Assembly: GCA_963798085.1 (NCBI GenBank)
Contig: CAWCRS010000007.1
Coordinates: 1,824,001-1,888,000 of the forward strand
Direction of reading: 5' to 3'
DNA: 64,000 nt
Source: an uncultured Gemmatimonadales bacterium
Lineage (GTDB): Bacteria > Gemmatimonadota > Gemmatimonadetes > Longimicrobiales > RSA9
Under the pieces are notes generated by a model that worked only from the letters and a program-made list of their open reading frames with translations, searched no databases and was not told where the DNA came from. A program made the position numbers and the translations under genes. This document shows positions 11,155-24,186 of this stretch, in pieces (the stretch's first letter is position 1; each line of letters begins with the position of its first letter).

Positions 11155-11558
11155 ATTGTTCTCACACAGTGGCCACAGGGGCCACTGAGGACGGCGTAAG
11201 GGAACGTTAGAGAGACTCAGGAAGGTGCAACGGATGGAATTTCTGAACAGCCAGGAGGTCACACGATCATCGCACGGATGGCGAGGCAAGAGGGGTGTCC
11301 GAAAGGGCGGAGCGGAGCTGTGACGGCCGATGCCGGGGCGGGTAGCAACGTTGGACGCCTGCACTGCTACCGGGCGCAGGCAGGGCCTGATCCTCAGTTC
11401 TGAGAAACCCTCGCTCCCGATCCACACCGCAGTTCCGCCCGGGAAAGAATCCGTCCACCGCGTCCCCCGCACCTCCGTCACCCTCTGTGTGATGATGGTA
11501 CCGTCCAATCCATTCCTCCGCGCCCTCTCCCCACACCTCAGCGACCCTCGCGAAGCCC

Positions 11559-12706
11559 TCACTTTTCGAGGAGCGATGGCACACTGTCTTCCTCCGCGGA
11601 AGGGTGCACGAGGACGCCGCCCTCGCCGGGCAGCCGCACCTCGACGGGCCGGTCGCGCACGGCGCGGCGGTGGGCTCTTCCTTCGAGGATGTGGTAGACG
11701 TAGACGCGTCGCACGATGACGATCGTCGTCGCCAGCACGGGCACGGCCACGAGCAGACCCACGACGTGCAGCAGGTGCGCCATGATGAGCACGCTCAGGA
11801 TGGAGAGCACGGGCGGCAGGTTGATCTGGCGCTCCATGATCATGGGTGCGACGAAGTTCGCTTCGATCAGGTGCACCACCACGCCTAACAGCACCACCAG
11901 CAGTGCATGAGCCAGACCGCCATTGGCGACAAGGAAGAGTGCGGGCAGCAGTGTCGACACGAGGGTGCCGAAGAACGGCACGATGGCGGCGAGTCCGGTG
12001 AATGCGCCAAAGGCCAGGGCGTAGGGCACGCGCAGCAGTTCGAGTCCCACCCAGGTGAGCAGTCCGAGTACCAGCATGGCAAGGATCTGACCCACGACCC
12101 ATGCGCGCAGTGTCGCGCCCAGCTCCACCAGGATGTCGCGCGCCAGTTCGCGATGCGGCACCGGGATCAGCACAATGAAACCTTCGCGGTACATGCCGGG
12201 CCGCATGGTGAGGTAATGCCCATGACGAACACGCTGACCAGCTCGATCGCGACCTGCACGCCACCGAACACGACCGGCACCGCGGAGCGGAACCAGCCAC
12301 CGATCTGACCCACGACCTGGCTCAGGATGCTGGATCCCGGTTCCGGCGGCATGATGAGCCGGCCGATCGCGGTGTGCTGCGCCCACCTGACCAGTTCATT
12401 GTTCAGCTTCTGCGCCATCCCGGGCAGCGACGCCAGCAGCTGCTGTGTCTGGTCGACCAGCGGTGGCACCACGAGCTGCCCGATGCCGGCTACGGCCATG
12501 CCTGTGACGAGCAGTGCCGCGGCCAGCCCCGCACCGCGCGGCATGCCGACCTTGCGCTGCAGCAGGTCCGTCAGTGAGCTGAGGTAGATGGCGATGAGGA
12601 TGGCAATGAACAGCAGCAGCACGATCTCTGCGATGCTGTGCAGGAACAGCAGCAGCAGGATGCTGAACAGAGTCGCGCTCAGGATGGCGTAGGCGCGGGT
12701 GCCCAT
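11559..12706 (-). CDS. AI-2E family (PerM-like) transporter (frameshift near 12215)
   Basis: Hydrophobic N-terminal half in ORF 12167..12706; WVVGQ, IVPFFG, EANFVAPMIM and GLLVAVP in ORF 11559..12386. Confidence 0.88.
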
Positions 12707-12774
12707 GTTCCGTCCTCAAAGCAAGCCGCGCCGGCCTCGGATGAAGCCGGCGCGGTTGTCATACCCCGTTAGCC

Positions 12775-12800
12775 AAAAAAGCGGCGGGCTCGAAGCCCGC
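12775..12800 (-). terminator. Rho-independent terminator downstream of pspA
   Basis: GC stem gcgggct/agcccgc (12784-12800) followed on the minus strand by a T6 run, 5 nt after the pspA stop. Confidence 0.8.
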
Positions 12801-12805
12801 TCGGC

Positions 12806-13621
12806 TCAGGCTTCTTCTTCGACCTCGGCATCGCGGACCAGGCCGTTTTCGCCGTCCACTGCCGGTTTGAGCACGGGCGCCGGTGCAGGCGTTTCCGCCT
12901 TCGCATTGCCGCCTGTCAGTGCGGCGCGTTCCTGACCGCCCGCCGAGAGCAGGCCCATGCGCTCCTTGAGCTGCAGCAGCCGGAAATCGACGCTCTCGCC
13001 GGCCGGCTTGAGCCGCTGGAACTGCTGCTCGAGCGTGTCGCCCTGCAGCACTTCCGTCACTTCCACGGCCGCCAGTGCGCGGCGCTCGGTCTCCTCGATC
13101 TTCTCTGCCATGCGCTCGAACGTGTCGAACGCAGAGCGATCGCTGAGTCCCGCCATGGTCTCGTGGATGCGCTTCGATGCCTGGGCCCGCTTCTGCTTTG
13201 CGACGAGCAGGTTCTTCTTGCGCTTCGCCTCTTCGATCTTTTCGTTGAGCTGGCGCAGCGCGTCCTTCAGGCGATCCGTCTCTTCGTGCTGCTTGGTCCA
13301 GGTGTCCTCGAGCGCGTGCGACCGCTCCGTGTGCTCCTGCTGCCGGACCAGCGCCTGCTTCGCCAGGTCATCGCGTCCTTCGCGAATCGCCAGCATCGCG
13401 CGGTGTTCCCAGTCACCCGCCAGCTTCTGCTCTTCTTCCAGCTGCGCGCGCAGTTTGCGTTCATCGGCTATCGCGATGGCGACTTCCTGTTTCGCCTTCG
13501 CCAGCTGCTCGCGCATGTCGAGCAGCACCTGGTTCAGCATTTTCTCGGGGTTCTCCGCCTTCGCGATCGCATCATTGATGTTGGAGCGAAGCAGAGTCGA
13601 CAACTTCTGGAAGATTCCCAT
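12806..13621 (-). CDS. pspA: PspA/IM30 family protein
   Basis: MGIFQKLSTLLRSNIN..AENPEKML N-terminus, long coiled coil, FERMAEKI. Confidence 0.93.
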   Translation of the reverse strand: MGIFQKLSTLLRSNINDAIAKAENPEKMLNQVLLDMREQLAKAKQEVAIAIADERKLRAQLEEEQKLAGDWEHRAMLAIREGRDDLAKQALVRQQEHTERSHALEDTWTKQHEETDRLKDALRQLNEKIEEAKRKKNLLVAKQKRAQASKRIHETMAGLSDRSAFDTFERMAEKIEETERRALAAVEVTEVLQGDTLEQQFQRLKPAGESVDFRLLQLKERMGLLSAGGQERAALTGGNAKAETPAPAPVLKPAVDGENGLVRDAEVEEEA

Positions 13622-13628
13622 TGGTCCC

Positions 13629-14033
13629 CTACCCCTGTTGCGATACCGGAACGAGCTCGTGCAGCTGCGGCAGGTGCGTCGATGCCGCCAGCACCAGGCT
13701 TTCGTACGAGCTGCGCAGCTCGCTGAAATCCATGGTCTCCAGCTCGAGTGCGTCCGAGATGACCACGTCGTTTTCCTCGATGCCGTAGCTGCCGTGCAGC
13801 ATGTCGCCCGCGTTCAGCTCGAGCAGGCGGCGGTACAGGTGGGTCAGCTTGCCTTCGCCGTTGTCGGGCGGCAGATCCATCACCTTCAGACGCAGCAGCA
13901 GCAACGGCGGTGAGTAGCTGGCGACGACCTGCGTCTCCTCGCCGGCCCGGATCACCCAGAGGTTGTCGTCCACCTCTTCGAAATCCAGTCCCATGCGGAG
14001 AAAATAGCTCTCCACCTCTTCTCGGTTCATCAT
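13629..14033 (-). CDS. YbjN/CesT-like chaperone-fold protein
   Basis: Small acidic protein with LYRRLLELNA..HGSYGI pattern typical of this fold; adjacent to pspA. Confidence 0.7.
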   Translation of the reverse strand: MMNREEVESYFLRMGLDFEEVDDNLWVIRAGEETQVVASYSPPLLLLRLKVMDLPPDNGEGKLTHLYRRLLELNAGDMLHGSYGIEENDVVISDALELETMDFSELRSSYESLVLAASTHLPQLHELVPVSQQG

Positions 14034-14104
14034 TTCCCGCTCCAGTCCGTGGATCTGTCGATACGACGCTACTCTACGCGCTCGAAGCTCAGCTGTTTCA
14101 CGGC

Positions 14105-16952
<2,848 letters not shown>

Positions 16953-17041
16953 GGTGGTGGCTCGCAGCCGATGGCTCGTTCAGCCTGTTTGCGCTTGGCA
17001 GCGTGTCAACGGCGTTGCGTGTTGCAGCGCAGTTCCAACCC

Positions 17042-17608
17042 CTACTTGGCTCGCTCCAGGTACTTCCCCTCCCGGGGATCCACGCGCACCATTTCGCCGG
17101 TGCTGATGAAGGGCGGCACCTGGACGATGGCGCCGTTCGACAGCTTGGCGGGCTTCGTCATGGCCGTCTTGGTGGCGCCGGTCAGCACGGGCTCGGTTTC
17201 GACGACTTCCAGCTCGAGCGATGCGGGCAGCTCGACGCCGATCGCCTGACCTTCGTAGAACTCCGCCAGGATGATCATGTTCGGAACGAGCCACTGTGCC
17301 GTGTCGCCGAGCGTGGCGTCGTCCAGCGCCAGCATCTCGTAGCTCTGGTTGTTCATGAAGTGATGATGCGTGCCGTCGCTGTACAGGTATTGCAGCTCGT
17401 GCGTCTCCATCTCCGCCTTTTCCACCGTATCCGCTGCGCGGAAGCGATGCTCGAACTGCGAGCCGCTCCGCAGATTGCGCATCTTGGCCTGCACGAATGC
17501 GCGCAGGTTGCCCGGTGTGTGGTGATGGAACTCGACGACGCGACAGGGCGCGCCGTTGAACACGATCACATTGCCTTTGCGAATCTGGGTGGCGGGCATG
17601 GAAGCCAT
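17042..17608 (-). CDS. efp: Translation elongation factor P (Asn at the beta-hairpin tip)
   Basis: [34 protein letters not shown] and YLERA. Confidence 0.96.
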   Translation of the reverse strand: MASMPATQIRKGNVIVFNGAPCRVVEFHHHTPGNLRAFVQAKMRNLRSGSQFEHRFRAADTVEKAEMETHELQYLYSDGTHHHFMNNQSYEMLALDDATLGDTAQWLVPNMIILAEFYEGQAIGVELPASLELEVVETEPVLTGATKTAMTKPAKLSNGAIVQVPPFISTGEMVRVDPREGKYLERAK

Positions 17609-17692
17609 CGTACCCGTCTCCTTGATGTCGTTGCTGGGGAATTGCTTCGGCCACGTCTCCGCGGGTCGGAAAAAGGCCAGACCTGCTAATCT

Positions 17693-18689
17693 CTACGAGC
17701 CTGCCGGGTGAATCAACCCCGCCCCCTTGGGCAGAAGCGCGCGCACGCTCCCGGCGGGAATCAGTACCTGCAATGCGGCGGGCACGGCGAGCGCGGTCAC
17801 GGGCGTGGTGCCTGCCGGATCGCCATCGATCTGCACCGCCATGGGCGGGTCCGCTTCGATGGTGATTTCTCTCGCCTGCAGATGGATCAGCCGGTCCGTG
17901 CCGCCGAATTGCCGGTGTGTCGCCTGCCACACGAGAAGGGCGAAATCCGGCATGTTCCTGGGCGCCAGCACGACGATCTCGAGCAGGCCGTCCTGCCAGG
18001 AATTCGTGGGCCTTGGTGTGAGCGGAATGCGGAACGGGATCCAGCCTGAGAACAGTTCGCCCACGTTGGCCACCATGACCGAGACGGCATCGACTTCCAG
18101 GTCCCGGCCATCGACGCAGAACCGGAAATGCCGGTCGGCGTCGCCGCCAGCGCTTCCTTCACCGCGGCGTAGATGTACGCGCCGAATCCCCAGCGTTCCT
18201 TCAGCTCGCGCGTCGCGCTGGCCATCATCGCCGCATCGAAGCCGGCGCCGGCGAGCAGCGCGAACGTGCGGCCGTTCACATTGCCCAGATCGAGCGCGGT
18301 AGGCGACCCGTTGACCGCCACCTCCACGGCTTCCTCGACATCCGTCGGTATGCGCAGGTTATGCGCGACCTGGTTCGCGGTGCCGCGCGGTATGATGGCG
18401 AGCGGCGTGGCAGTGCCGGACAGCCCGGCGGCTGCTTCGGCCAGTGTGCCGTCGCCGCCGACTACGCAGGCGGCTCGATAGCCCAGCCGCGCGGCCTCGC
18501 GGGCGAGCACCTGCGGCATGACCGGGTGCCGCCGGTCGCGTGGCCAGGTCGAAGGACGCGCCACGCGCGGCAAACGCGCCGCCAATCAGGCGGCGCAGGC
18601 TGAGCCGGGTCGTCCTGGCCGGCGGCCGGGTTCAGGATGACGAGCGTGCGGCCGGCATACGGACCGGCCGCACGCAGCGGGGCAGGCAT
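17693..18689 (-). CDS. Diacylglycerol/lipid kinase family protein (YegS/DgkB-like; frameshifts near 18590, 18530 and 18125)
   Basis: [32 protein letters not shown] and QIDGDP spread over three ORFs. Confidence 0.85.
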
Positions 18690-18710
18690 CCCGCGAGGGC
18701 TCCGAGCGGT

Positions 18711-19581
18711 TCAGCGACGCGAAGCCCGGCTCCTGTGCCAGGGGCGCGCAGCCGGGCCACGCGCTCCTCCGTCGACGGGTGGGTGCTGAAGAGACGCAGC
18801 AGACCCTGACCCCGTGCGCCCGCAAGCGGGTTCACGATGGCCAGCTGTGCCGCGGCCGGATTGACCGCCATGGGAATCCGGTGGGCATAACGCCTCCAGC
18901 TTCGCAGCGCGCCGGCCAGTGCCAGCGGACGCCCGGAGATCTCGGCGCCCGTGCGATCCGCCTGGAACTCGTTCTGCCGGCTGATCGCCATCTGCATGAT
19001 CATGGCCGCCCGATCGGCGCGACGATCGCACGCGCGAGCAGTCCGCAATGTTCTCGTCGCGGTCGCGCCCGCCGAAGCCGCCGAAGATCGCACCCCACCG
19101 GATCACGCTGCCGATCATGGCCACTGCGCCCGCCATGGTCGCAGCGAGTGTGCCCACCAGCATGTGGCGGTGCTTGACGTGGCCCAGCTCATGCGCCAGC
19201 ACGCCCTCCAGCTCCTCGCGGCTCACCAGCGTGAGGATGCCGGCCGTGCAGCAGACCACGGCGTGCTGCGGCGCTGCGGCCCGTCGCGAACGCGTTAGGC
19301 TGCTCGGACGCGGCAATCGCGACCCGCGGCATGGGCAGGCCTGCCCGCTGGCGCAGGCGGTCCACCATGTCGTACAGCTCGGGCGCGGCCGCGCGCTCGA
19401 TGAATTGTGCCCGGTACATGCGCAGCACCAGCCGGTCGCTGAACCAGTACATCCCGAAGTTCATGACCGCGGCCAGAATCAGAAACAGCAACGCACCCTG
19501 CGAGCCGCCCACGAGCTGTCCGAGCAGTACCAGCAGGATGGTCAAACCTGCCATGAGCAGGAATACGCGTATCGTCTGCAT
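18711..19581 (-). CDS. htpX: Zinc metalloprotease HtpX (M48), several apparent frameshifts; 3' end approximate
   Basis: [31 protein letters not shown] (HExxH), [10 protein letters not shown] and [12 protein letters not shown] in successive frames. Confidence 0.88.
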
Positions 19582-19712
19582 GGTTGTGATTGTCCTGTTG
19601 AAATCGGTAACCGCAATACACTTGAGACAACCGCCGCGATCCGCTCAACGCTCGTGCAGCGAGTTCTGCCGAATGGGCTCGGCCGCGTATCTGTCCTGTC
19701 CATCTGCAGCGC

Positions 19713-22700
19713 TCAGTAGCCCCACTCGCGGAAGATGGAGAGGCCGAGCACGCGCGTGGTGATCGCCTGGCTCAGGCTGAAGGAAGGCGTGCGCGCGAAA
19801 CGGTCTTCCCAGAATCCTTCCAGACCGTAGGTCGGACGGAAGCGCCACTCGATGTTCACGCCGGGCCTGTTGCCCTGCGAGTTGAGGCGCTGCGTCCATG
19901 TCACGAACACGTGGTGCGGGAAGTATCGGCCAACCTCGATCTTGGTGGTGGACAGGAGCGAGCCGAGGCCCGAGTCGCCTCGCCCGTTGGGCGCTGCTTC
20001 TGCCGCCGTGAGACCCACGTAGTCGACCAGGCCGAAACTCTGACCCAGCGTTTGCAGGCCGCTGGCGACATAGCCCAGCCCCTGATTGGCAAGCAACTGC
20101 TGGCCCAGGTTGCCAATGACGCTGCCGTTGCCCGACGAGAAGTTGAACGCGTACGTGGGCGCGCCGAAGAAGAGGTAGCTGGCCAGGTCCGATTCGCCGA
20201 TGGGTGGCTGCGCGTCGCTGCTGAGTCGCACCCGTGGCGACTGGAGCGTGCCCGTGACATCGGCGTAGATGTCGAGGGGTTCTCCGCCGGTCCTCGCCGT
20301 GTACGCAGCCGTGATGTTGAGGTTGGGATCCATGCCCGGCGTGCCCGGGAATTCCACCGTGCCTTCACGCACTTCGAAGACGCGCGTGAACGGCGGGTAC
20401 TGCAGTCGATAGGTACCGCGCACGACGCGCAGTGAGCCGTTCATGCGCAGGTCATCGTCGGCGCGATCGCCGCCAGTGCGATCGAACACGACCGTGAAAT
20501 CTCCTGTTACCTCCACATTCATGACACTGGAGCGCAGCCAGGATCCAGGCCCCACCGTGACGCGCGCCGTGTTGCCATCCGTGCCGATGCGCACGTTCTT
20601 GAGGAATGGACTCTCGCTCTGCGGCATGATGCGACGCACCGATACCAGCGACGTGTCCACGACATCGAAGAACAGCGGGTCTTCCAGCTGCACGATGAGA
20701 TACTGGCGGTACAGCTCGTCGAGGTTGAGCGTGCCGCCGTCCACGCGAATGTCGCCGGCCAGAAGCGGCTGCGAGTAGCGGCCGCCAATGGTCACGCGAC
20801 CGGACGCCGTGACATCCATGTCGCGTCGTCGCGCCGCCAGGATGCGATCCGCCTGCACTGCCAGATCAAAGCCGGGATCCGTGGGGTGTGTGAGGTCGAG
20901 CGTGCCTGTCAGGCGCGCGGTGCCGCTGCGATTCGCGCTGCGCGGATCCACCGTGCGCGCCGTGAAGTCGACGGATGCTTCCAGCTGCTTGTTCATCAGG
21001 AACGTGCCCTCGCCCGACACGTAGCGCACGCCGGTCGCATCCCATGTGGCTGCGCCGTTCAGCAGGACGAGTGCGCCCGAGAGCTGCGCGTGCTGCATCG
21101 TGCCGCTGCCGTCGACCGTCCCCACGAACACGCCTCGCACATCACTGAAGCCGCGCGAGATGCTCAGCATGAACGCGGCGGGAAAGCTGTCCATGCGCAC
21201 CTTGAAGTCCAGCGGCTTGTCCGGCAGACGATCGGTTGTCGCGCCGAGCCGCAGGTCGGCGGGGATGGCGCCCTGCCCGTCGAGCACCCGCCGTCCGGCA
21301 ACAAATGCGGAGGCGCGCGCGTTCACCAGCTGGTTGCTGTAACCGAGCGCCAGCTGCACGCGCTGCAGCTGCGCGCCCTGGTACGCGATGTCGGCCAGAT
21401 CGAAGCGCGCATCGAACGTGGGTGCTGTCGCAGTGCCCGCAACGCGAATCGTGCCCCCGATCATGCCGGTAATGTCACCGCGCGGGCGGAGCATCTGCGG
21501 GATCAGTCCGAACGGCACCTGCTGCAGCTCGGCAGTAAAGTCGAGTTCGGGATCCGTGGATTCGTTCGCCCAGGCGAGTGTTCCTCTTGCCGCGACCGAG
21601 CCGCCGAGCGTGGGGATCAGACGCAGCTCCGCGACGTGCGCCGCGCGGCCCTCGATGCGGATGTTGGCGGCCGAGGAAAGCCGCCACTCGCCCGGGCCCG
21701 AGCGGAATCGCAATTGTGCGACGCGGACGGACGTGACGCCCGCGCTGTCCGCAAAGGAGCCATCGATGTGCACGAGTGACGTGTCACGCCGCCAGGCATC
21801 CGCGCTCAGCCGCCCGCTGCCGGCTGAGCGCGAGAGCGCGGCACGCACCGAATCCGTCAGCTCGCCGAATGCGCGCACCGAGTCCGCCGACACCGCCAGC
21901 GTATAGGCAAGGCTGTCCGTGCGCACGCCGCGCGCACTGCCGGTGACCACGGCGCTGGTGGCGCTGCGACCGTCGTAGAACGGATGATCCAGCCGGGCAT
22001 CCACCGTGGCATCGAACGCGGCGAGCGAACCGTACAGACCAATGCGGGCCGAGCCGGACCCGTTGATGCGGGGCGTGGTCGGATCCTTCACCGTGTTGAA
22101 AAGCACACGCTCGAGCGGTTCGAACGACTGGCCGTTCAGCGCGATCCTGAGCGAGTCATTGCGTTCCGCGACGAGACCGAACCCGCCGGTAGCGGTCGCG
22201 CGCAGGCCCGGGCTGCGAATCACCGCGCTGTCCACGTGCGCGCTGCCGGCGCGCAGGTGCAGTTCGGCGAAGGAGTACTCGAGGCGCAGATCGTGGATGG
22301 TCGCGGAATCCAGCTCGACGCGTACAGGCCCGCTGTAGCTGGCCAGGTCCTCGCCCGTGAGATCGAGGGTGGCCTGTCCGCTGAGCAGCGCGGGCGTGTC
22401 GAGCAGGCCAATGCGCGAGGGGTCGAAGCGAGTCGAATGACCGCGCGCCACGATGTGCGGCGTCGCGCCGTGCCGGTCGATCAACGTGCTGAACGAGAGC
22501 GGGCCGCCCTGTGTCGTCACATCGCCATCCAGCTGCAGGCTGTCGGCCCTGCCGGTCAGCGCCAGACGGCCGCGTACTTCACCGCGCAGGCTGTCCAGCC
22601 GCGGCACCATGCGGCCCAGCGATTCCAGCCGCAGCGGCGAGGCGTCGACGCGCAGGTTCATGCTGATGACATCATTGTCAGCCGCTGCATCGCCGGTCAC

Positions 22701-24143
22701 GTTCAGCTCGGAAGTGAAGCCGTTCAGCCGGTGCCGCACCAGTGCGTGCAGCTGCACGCCCGACGCGATGGCGCCGGCCGCATCCACGCGTCCGTCCACC
22801 AGACCCTCCACGCCCAGCCCCGGGCGCAGGCGCTCGAGCAGCGCGAGATCCACATCGCTGAAGTTCGCGGTCAGGTTGCGCAGCTCGATCGCGTCACCCA
22901 GGCAGATCGTGCCGTTCCAGCTCAGGACGGGGAGCGCGGCGCCGCCCCACTGCGCGAGCTGAATTTCGCCGGTCGTCTGCACGGCGCCCAGTGGTCCTTT
23001 CGCCTGCACGCGGCCCGAGAGCAGGCCGCGCAGAGGAATGGAGTCGGGCCACACCGCATCGGCCCACGCCAGGTCGAGTGGCGCCATGCGCAGGTCGACG
23101 TCACGCAGCGCAGGCTGCGCGCCCGTGATCCACCCGAAGGACCCCGTGACGTGCGTGCGTGGTGCATCGACCGTCATCTCAGACCCGGACAACAGCAGGT
23201 TGCCATCCGGCTGCGTGAGTACGCGCCACGTGCCCCTGGCATGCGCATCCGCAGGCAGCCGCTCATCCAGCCACAGCAGATCGCTCACCGCCAGCTCGGG
23301 TGTATCGATGCGGAGGTTGTAGCGCATCCCCGCGCTGCCGGCGGTCACGCGGCCGTTGGCGCGGCCGTGCGATGCGGCTAACGCGAAGTTGCGCACCTCC
23401 AGATCGATGATCGAGTCCTGCAGTGTCACCGAGCCTGCGACATCGTGCACGGAGAACGGGTCCCGCAGGAACTGCACGCGCGCGGCGAGTCTGCCAATGT
23501 CGATCTCGTGCACGTCGCTGCCCGGCTTGGACCATGCGATGGACGGGATGTGGCCTTCAATGGAATCGACGTGTATGAGCTGCACGCGTCCGCCCGGCGC
23601 ATCCTCGATCACGTAGCGTGCCGCCATGCCACCGGCGGCAGGATCCTCGGTCAGCGGCCGGATGATGTTGACACGGTTGTTGACCAGCGTCACATTGCGG
23701 AAGCGAATCACACGCTCCGGCCCGCTGCCGCCATCGTGCGCCAGAATGCGCTGGTAGTTCCAGAGCGTATCGCCGGGGAATCGTTCCACATCCACAACCC
23801 CGTTCCACACCGTCACCGAGCGCAACACAATGCGGCCGACGAGCAGGTCCAGCAGATCGTAGCGTGCGCTCAGGCTGTCGGCGCGCACGAAGGCGCGGCC
23901 CGTCGGGTCGACGATGCTGACACTGTGCAGATCGAGGCTGTGCAGCAGGCCGTCGCCGCTGATGCGCTCGACCGTGATGACGCCCTGCACCTGCGACTTC
24001 GCCCACGACAGTGCCACTCGGCGCGCGCGTTCCATGCCCCAGGTCGAGCGCGACAGCAGTACCAGCGTAGAGAGCAGCACGGCGGCGAGGAACACGACCG
24101 CGCCCAGCAGGCCCATGAACCAGCGCAGGGCGCGGCTCGTCAT
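19713..24143 (-). CDS. tamB: Translocation and assembly module TamB/AsmA-family protein
   Basis: N-terminal membrane anchor (start ATG 24143), long beta-rich body, DUF490-like C-terminus (PNLNITA, GTLQSPRVRLSS, IEVGRY); next to an Omp85 gene. Confidence 0.85.
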   Translation of the reverse strand: MTSRALRWFMGLLGAVVFLAAVLLSTLVLLSRSTWGMERARRVALSWAKSQVQGVITVERISGDGLLHSLDLHSVSIVDPTGRAFVRADSLSARYDLLDLLVGRIVLRSVTVWNGVVDVERFPGDTLWNYQRILAHDGGSGPERVIRFRNVTLVNNRVNIIRPLTEDPAAGGMAARYVIEDAPGGRVQLIHVDSIEGHIPSIAWSKPGSDVHEIDIGRLAARVQFLRDPFSVHDVAGSVTLQDSIIDLEVRNFALAASHGRANGRVTAGSAGMRYNLRIDTPELAVSDLLWLDERLPADAHARGTWRVLTQPDGNLLLSGSEMTVDAPRTHVTGSFGWITGAQPALRDVDLRMAPLDLAWADAVWPDSIPLRGLLSGRVQAKGPLGAVQTTGEIQLAQWGGAALPVLSWNGTICLGDAIELRNLTANFSDVDLALLERLRPGLGVEGLVDGRVDAAGAIASGVQLHALVRHRLNGFTSELNVTGDAAADNDVISMNLRVDASPLRLESLGRMVPRLDSLRGEVRGRLALTGRADSLQLDGDVTTQGGPLSFSTLIDRHGATPHIVARGHSTRFDPSRIGLLDTPALLSGQATLDLTGEDLASYSGPVRVELDSATIHDLRLEYSFAELHLRAGSAHVDSAVIRSPGLRATATGGFGLVAERNDSLRIALNGQSFEPLERVLFNTVKDPTTPRINGSGSARIGLYGSLAAFDATVDARLDHPFYDGRSATSAVVTGSARGVRTDSLAYTLAVSADSVRAFGELTDSVRAALSRSAGSGRLSADAWRRDTSLVHIDGSFADSAGVTSVRVAQLRFRSGPGEWRLSSAANIRIEGRAAHVAELRLIPTLGGSVAARGTLAWANESTDPELDFTAELQQVPFGLIPQMLRPRGDITGMIGGTIRVAGTATAPTFDARFDLADIAYQGAQLQRVQLALGYSNQLVNARASAFVAGRRVLDGQGAIPADLRLGATTDRLPDKPLDFKVRMDSFPAAFMLSISRGFSDVRGVFVGTVDGSGTMQHAQLSGALVLLNGAATWDATGVRYVSGEGTFLMNKQLEASVDFTARTVDPRSANRSGTARLTGTLDLTHPTDPGFDLAVQADRILAARRRDMDVTASGRVTIGGRYSQPLLAGDIRVDGGTLNLDELYRQYLIVQLEDPLFFDVVDTSLVSVRRIMPQSESPFLKNVRIGTDGNTARVTVGPGSWLRSSVMNVEVTGDFTVVFDRTGGDRADDDLRMNGSLRVVRGTYRLQYPPFTRVFEVREGTVEFPGTPGMDPNLNITAAYTARTGGEPLDIYADVTGTLQSPRVRLSSDAQPPIGESDLASYLFFGAPTYAFNFSSGNGSVIGNLGQQLLANQGLGYVASGLQTLGQSFGLVDYVGLTAAEAAPNGRGDSGLGSLLSTTKIEVGRYFPHHVFVTWTQRLNSQGNRPGVNIEWRFRPTYGLEGFWEDRFARTPSFSLSQAITTRVLGLSIFREWGY

Positions 24144-24186
24144 GCGCGAGCTCCCGGCGCGAACGCGATGGGCGTGTCGGTGCGCA

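Noticed and set aside
13629..14033. CesT-like gene as evidence of a type III secretion system
   Set aside because: No T3SS structural genes in the window; the fold also occurs in non-secretion YbjN proteins.
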